DNA from: Clostridia bacterium
GTDB lineage: Bacteria > Bacillota > Clostridia > Oscillospirales > CAG-272
Length of the DNA stretch: 59,812 nt
Reading direction: 5' to 3'
Assembly (NCBI GenBank): GCA_017547545.1
Contig: JAFYPJ010000027.1
Location: forward strand, 1 to 59,812
The notes under the pieces were generated by a model. It was not told the DNA's origin. It was given only the letters and a program-made list of their open reading frames with translations, and searched no databases. Below are positions 55,496 through 59,812 of this stretch, piece after piece; the first letter of the stretch is position 1; each line of letters begins with the position of its first letter. The translations under genes and the position numbers were made by a program.

Positions 55496-56233
55496 ATGTT
55501 TTGTAATAAATGCGGTGCCGAAATAAAGGATGATGCGAAATTTTGTCCCTATTGCGGAGATTCTAATGATGGGGATGAAAAAACTATACAACTTTTGAAA
55601 AAAGAAGCGGTATCGCCATCGTATTATAATGAAGCTGCAAATACTGCTCCTCAAAAACGAAAGAAGCCTGTTGTAGGAATTATTATAGGTGTTTTGGTGG
55701 CTGTTCTGGCATTAGGGTTGATTGTTACTCTTTTAATAGTCGGTCTTATAGCTGCAGGTATAGGCGGTGCAAGCTTTTTGAGCTTTAAAAATGATAAGGG
55801 TGAAAAGATAGAGCTTGAAGAAGATGATGATATGTTTGAAATTGAGCCCTATGAAACTAAGGAATATAAAGCTCCGGAAACAGAATATGAGCCTATAGTG
55901 GAAACAGAAGCAATAGAAACTGTTGCTCCTCCCGAAGAATCGGATCCCTTGAAATATTTCGTTGAAAACTGTGACAGTATGTATTTCACTTCCGATTATA
56001 TCAAACAATTTGATGAGGTGGATTGCCGCTGCGCAAGAAATGCACCTTATGCACGTCATGGAAGAATATTCCAAACGGACTCACTTACCGAGTATTTTAT
56101 GCAGTTTGATTGGTATAATCCCCGTATACATCCGGATTATTTCAATGAAAGCGTTTTGAATGCATACGAGCTGTCTAACAGGGATCTTATCATAGAATAT
56201 GAAAAGCAAATGAAATATAATAATTACAGATAA
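55496..56233 (+). CDS. zinc-ribbon / TM / YARHG-domain protein
   Basis: N-terminal CNKCGAEIKDDAKFCPYCG, one TM helix, and a C-terminal ARNAPYARHGRIF (YARHG) motif. Confidence 0.7.
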   Translation: MFCNKCGAEIKDDAKFCPYCGDSNDGDEKTIQLLKKEAVSPSYYNEAANTAPQKRKKPVVGIIIGVLVAVLALGLIVTLLIVGLIAAGIGGASFLSFKNDKGEKIELEEDDDMFEIEPYETKEYKAPETEYEPIVETEAIETVAPPEESDPLKYFVENCDSMYFTSDYIKQFDEVDCRCARNAPYARHGRIFQTDSLTEYFMQFDWYNPRIHPDYFNESVLNAYELSNRDLIIEYEKQMKYNNYR

Positions 56234-56256
56234 TAAAACAATATAAGGAGAATATT

Positions 56257-57606
56257 ATGAAAAAAAGAATTTTAAGTATTTTATTGACATTGGCAATACT
56301 TCTCTCTTGCATTTCGGCTTTTGGAATCACATCAAACGCAGGATATACAACCTCGGAAGGACAACTTCCTTTTACAGATATAAGCTTTGATGCCTGGTAT
56401 TATGAAAGTGCGGAATTTTGTTATATTAACGGTATTATAAACGGTCAGGGTAATACATATACCTTTGCACCAAATGTTACCCTTACAAGAGCAACATTTG
56501 TTGTTATGTTAGGAAGAGTTTTGGATGCTGATCTTTCATATTATACATACTCCAGCTTTACTGACTGTCCTGTTGGTGAATGGTATACCGCAAGTGTGGA
56601 ATGGGCGGCAGGAAACGGATATGTAAACGGTACAGGTAACAATAAGTTTTCACCCAATGCTTCCATAACCCGCGAGCAGGCTGCAGTAATGTTTTCAAGA
56701 ATTCTTGAAAAGCAGGGTTATGTTATAAGCGTTTCCGGGGATATTCTTTCCTCCTATAAGGATGGAAAAAATGTATCCGATTGGGCAAAGAACGGTGTTA
56801 TGCAAACTCTTGCATCAGGGCTTATCGGAAGCACAAACAGTAATTACAGTGAATTTTCTCCCCATATGACTATGACAAGAGCCCAGGCAGCGAAAATGTT
56901 TACATCATTGATAAGAGAATATCTTAGCGCAAAATGCAAGCATGATTATAAAGATGCAACTTGTACAAAGGGCATGACCTGCAGAAAATGCGGTATTGTT
57001 GAATCTCTTCCTACAGGCCATTACTGCAATTATCTCAGCTGTGATAACGGTGACAACTGTATAAATTGCGGCTTGTATATCGATGCTCTCGGTCATACTA
57101 CAACCATGGGAGTTTGCGGCCGTTGCGGTCAAGAGGTATTTAGTTCAGATTATAAAAAAGTATCATATTATATGGTTCAACACGGAACTGCCGGTGAAAA
57201 CTATCAGAAATACTACCTTATAAATTATATGGATTATTCGGACGGTGATTCGGATTATTGCGAATTAATATACTATCCTTCCTCGGCAAGTTTTGATATT
57301 TATTATCTTTACGAATTTGCAGACGGTGACTATGTGTATATTACAATAGGTATCCCCGGTGTTTTGTCAAGCTATAATGTTCAAGCTGTTTATATAGATG
57401 CTTATTATGAGGATATTCTCTATTATGCAGAAGGAACTGTAAGCACTTATACTCAAGACTTTACATGCAGTTATTATGACGGTTCTTCCTCTAATAAAAG
57501 TAGCTTTATGGCTATGGTAGACCAGGCTGTTGAAAATGCAATTTTCCATACAGACATAATGTTAAACAATCTTTGCGGTGAAAGCAGTGCTGCGTTCGGT
57601 TTTTAA
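56257..57606 (+). CDS. secreted SLH-domain cell-wall protein with Cys-rich C-terminal region
   Basis: Signal peptide. Three SLH-like repeats (FTDIS..AWYYESAEF, FTDCPVGEWYTASVEWAAGNGYVNG, YKDGKNVSDWAKNGV), then multiple CxxC pairs. Confidence 0.7.
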   Translation: MKKRILSILLTLAILLSCISAFGITSNAGYTTSEGQLPFTDISFDAWYYESAEFCYINGIINGQGNTYTFAPNVTLTRATFVVMLGRVLDADLSYYTYSSFTDCPVGEWYTASVEWAAGNGYVNGTGNNKFSPNASITREQAAVMFSRILEKQGYVISVSGDILSSYKDGKNVSDWAKNGVMQTLASGLIGSTNSNYSEFSPHMTMTRAQAAKMFTSLIREYLSAKCKHDYKDATCTKGMTCRKCGIVESLPTGHYCNYLSCDNGDNCINCGLYIDALGHTTTMGVCGRCGQEVFSSDYKKVSYYMVQHGTAGENYQKYYLINYMDYSDGDSDYCELIYYPSSASFDIYYLYEFADGDYVYITIGIPGVLSSYNVQAVYIDAYYEDILYYAEGTVSTYTQDFTCSYYDGSSSNKSSFMAMVDQAVENAIFHTDIMLNNLCGESSAAFGF

Positions 57607-57617
57607 TACAGCTTTAT

Positions 57618-57652
57618 AATACAATGTCCCCCGTTACGGGGGATATTGTATT
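57618..57652 (+). terminator. terminator hairpin
   Basis: AATACAATGTCCCCCG-TTA-CGGGGGATATTGTATT, a 16-bp stem with one G-U pair. Confidence 0.7.
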
Positions 57653-57684
57653 AAATTTTATTATTGCAAAAACAAAGGAAATAT

Positions 57685-58686
57685 ATGAAAACTCAAATTT
57701 ATGCAACCTTCGGGCCTTCCTGCAAGGATATAAAAACACTTAAAAAAATGGTAGAAAACGGGCTGTGCGGAATGAGATTGAATCTGTCTCATTTATCCTT
57801 ACCCTGCGCAAAAGAATATATAGATAATTACAGGCAGGCCGCCAAAGAGTTTGGCACAGATATTCATCTGCTCATAGATATGCAGGGCCCGGAGCTTCGT
57901 GTGGGTGATACTGAGGATATTGTCTTAGAATGCGGAATGTATTATAACAATATCCCTTTGCCGGCTGAAGTTATTTCTTCAATAGAGGAAGGCGATAAGG
58001 TTTTATTTGATGACGGAAAGCTCCTTTGTACGGTTACAAAGGAAAAAAGCTTTTATGTTATAAGAGGCGGTTTACTTAAAGCACACAAAAGTGTTAAAGT
58101 TGAAGGCAAGGATATAAAAATGCCTTGTTTAACTGAACATGATATAAAAAACATCAGGCACGCCAAGGAATACGGTGTTACAGCCATTATGCAGCCCTTT
58201 GTGCGCGATGCACAGGATATTATGAATGTGAGGGCTGTGTTGCGTGAAAACGGCGCAGAGGGCTTGAAAATCCTTGCTAAAACAGAGAATAGAATTGCTG
58301 TTGAAAATTTAAAAAGCATTGTTAAGGAAGCAGACGGTATTGTAATAGCACGAGGCGATCTTGGTAACGATATGCCCTTATGGGAACTGCCGGGTGTACA
58401 AAAACAGATAGAGGAAGCCTGCAAAAATGCAAACAAGCCGTATATCGTGGTAACACAGATGCTTGCATCCATGGAAAATTCTCCTGTTCCCACCCGTGCA
58501 GAGGTTTCTGATATATTTCATGCCGTTTACCACGGGGCATTCGGAGTTATGATAACGGGGGAAAGTGCTATAGGAAAATATCCGGTTGAAGCAGTAAAAT
58601 ACCTTGCCAAAACCGCAGAAAATGCAGAATTCCTGCGCCGGTCCAAGGCAGATTCCGATAGTTTCATCAATGCAAAAACAGAGTAA
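57685..58686 (+). CDS. short pyruvate-kinase-like protein (A/B domains only, no C-terminal domain)
   Basis: Trimmed to the ATG at 57685. PK motifs MRLNLSH, DMQGPELRVG, LAKTENR, ARGDLG, TQMLASM, PTRAEVSD and GESAIGKYP. The protein ends at 333 aa, directly before a terminator. Confidence 0.75.
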   Translation: MKTQIYATFGPSCKDIKTLKKMVENGLCGMRLNLSHLSLPCAKEYIDNYRQAAKEFGTDIHLLIDMQGPELRVGDTEDIVLECGMYYNNIPLPAEVISSIEEGDKVLFDDGKLLCTVTKEKSFYVIRGGLLKAHKSVKVEGKDIKMPCLTEHDIKNIRHAKEYGVTAIMQPFVRDAQDIMNVRAVLRENGAEGLKILAKTENRIAVENLKSIVKEADGIVIARGDLGNDMPLWELPGVQKQIEEACKNANKPYIVVTQMLASMENSPVPTRAEVSDIFHAVYHGAFGVMITGESAIGKYPVEAVKYLAKTAENAEFLRRSKADSDSFINAKTE

Positions 58687-58716
58687 AGGGTTGAAATTTA
58701 ACATTTCAACCCTTTT
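58685..58716. terminator. bidirectional terminator between convergent genes
   Basis: 13-bp stem AAAGGGTTGAAAT/ATTTCAACCCTTT flanked by A and T runs. Confidence 0.8.
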
Positions 58717-58720
58717 AAAA

Positions 58721-59746
58721 TTATAATAATACTTCTTTTCCTGTTTCGGCAGATTCATAAATGGCATTAAGAATCTTAATCATATTGATACCCTGTTGGG
58801 GAGTGAATATAGGATCGGTACCGTTCTGAACCACATCGGCAAAATGACGGATCGCACCGTCATGTCCCCAGCTTCCGCGAGGATGAGGATATTCATCGCA
58901 CATTGTTCCATGTCGTTCAATGAAAAGTCGAAGATCATCATTTTCAATTATTGCACCGGCTTTTGTGCCGCGGAGCTCAACATATCTTGTATCGCTTATT
59001 ATATTTGATTCCCAGCTGAATTCAAGAGCAAGAGAAGCACCGTTATCAAACTTAATATAACCTGTTGCCATATCTTCAACATCAAAGGTGTAATCATGGT
59101 TATTGTTGAATTTATTAAATGTGGTTCCCGTAACACTTACAGGCTTGGGATTACCCATAAGGTACATGGCAAGGTCTATCATATGAACGCCAAGGTCTAT
59201 AAGTGGACCGCCGCCGGATTCTGCCTTTTTTGCAAACCAGGAACCGGGTTTCGGAACACCTCTTTTGCGTACCCAGGCGCAACGGGCATTATATATTTCC
59301 CCGCATTCTCCGTTGTCAATCATTTTCTTCAGGTGTATAGCGGCAGGAGTAAAGCGGTTGTTACGCATTGCCATAAGAACACGGCCGTTTTTATCAGCTG
59401 CATCTCTCATAGCTTCAACCTCTTTAGCGGTCATTGCATCGGGTTTTTCGGTTAAAACATGCTTGCCTGCATTAAGCATTTCTATTGCAACGATAGAATG
59501 GAGATAGTTGGGAGTGCAAATATCTACGGCATCAACATTTTCATCCTTTGCTATATCTTTATAGTCGGTAGTAGTATATGCATTTGCACAGCACTTATAT
59601 TTTCCTTTTAAATAATCGAAACGAGTGGTATCGATATCACAAAGGGCAACTATTTCAATACCGTCATTTTTTTCATAGTTTGATAAGTGAGCACCGTCGG
59701 CAATGCTGCCGCAACCAACGATTGCAACTTTAAGTTTGTTAGCCAT
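58721..59746 (-). CDS. Gfo/Idh/MocA-family oxidoreductase
   Basis: LKVAIVGCGSIADGAH Rossmann start and the LTEKPDA family motif. AGAGGA RBS. Paralogous in type to 3306..4385. Confidence 0.85.
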   Translation of the reverse strand: MANKLKVAIVGCGSIADGAHLSNYEKNDGIEIVALCDIDTTRFDYLKGKYKCCANAYTTTDYKDIAKDENVDAVDICTPNYLHSIVAIEMLNAGKHVLTEKPDAMTAKEVEAMRDAADKNGRVLMAMRNNRFTPAAIHLKKMIDNGECGEIYNARCAWVRKRGVPKPGSWFAKKAESGGGPLIDLGVHMIDLAMYLMGNPKPVSVTGTTFNKFNNNHDYTFDVEDMATGYIKFDNGASLALEFSWESNIISDTRYVELRGTKAGAIIENDDLRLFIERHGTMCDEYPHPRGSWGHDGAIRHFADVVQNGTDPIFTPQQGINMIKILNAIYESAETGKEVLL

Positions 59747-59812
59747 AGTAGTTTCCTCTTTATTTGAAAAAGTTTATACTTGAATTATACATAAATTATT
59801 ATTGAAAATCAA

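Noticed and set aside
45000-57650. Whether the patchwork region is a mobile element, prophage or integrated island.
   Set aside because: No integrase, recombinase, transposase, phage structural gene, flanking direct repeat or tRNA target is visible. I treat it as a variable chromosomal region only. Composition differences were judged by eye and not computed.
1-59812. Search for tRNA, rRNA, CRISPR arrays, T-box or obvious riboswitch leaders.
   Set aside because: I saw no cloverleaf-type or rRNA-like segments and no regularly spaced direct repeats. lysS follows greA by 14 nt, so there is no T-box. The long intergenic regions (18054-18352, 30816-31000) are AT-rich promoter DNA without conserved-looking structure. 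Covariance-model scans would be needed to be certain.

Overview
This is a 59.8-kb chromosomal segment from a low-GC Gram-positive anaerobe that looks like a member of the Clostridia. Supporting signs are CIRCE/HrcA heat-shock control, a Cheo-type LexA box, an SLH-domain wall protein, GGAGG-type ribosome-binding sites and many rho-independent terminators. I call about 57 protein-coding genes, 53 of them on the + strand. I saw no rRNA, tRNA, CRISPR array, transposase or integrase. Housekeeping blocks are lexA, hrcA-grpE-dnaK-dnaJ-prmA, a PucR-type regulator with ftsE-ftsX-M23 peptidase-S41 protease, greA-lysS, and copA. Metabolic and accessory blocks are: a Gfo/Idh/MocA oxidoreductase with a TIM-barrel isomerase; an enoate-reductase-like flavoenzyme with two-subunit aconitase X; and a translationally coupled VTC-domain / DUF4956 / beta-helix lipoprotein trio. 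From about 45 to 57.6 kb there is a patchwork of small, individually terminated units: XRE-SLOG-PAS, a radical SAM gene, a macro-HTH fusion, an ADP-ribosylglycohydrolase, vWA, an EF-hand miniprotein, two aldo/keto reductases, a YARHG protein and an SLH protein. The most interesting feature is a tightly packed 12-gene, 12.4-kb operon at 18353-30766. It encodes an LDH-fold dehydrogenase with Arg at the substrate-specificity position, a class II fumarase, HdrB, HdrC, HdrA, MvhD/FlxD, two polyferredoxins, an NAD(P)H/FAD/2Fe-2S protein, a soluble anchor-less FrdB/FrdA pair and an AAEx-family transporter. I read this as a quinone-independent fumarate reductase that may bifurcate electrons, embedded in a malate -> fumarate -> succinate -> export route. 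All product calls rest on recognising motifs and families by eye in the translated ORFs. No database search, HMM run or RNA folding was possible.
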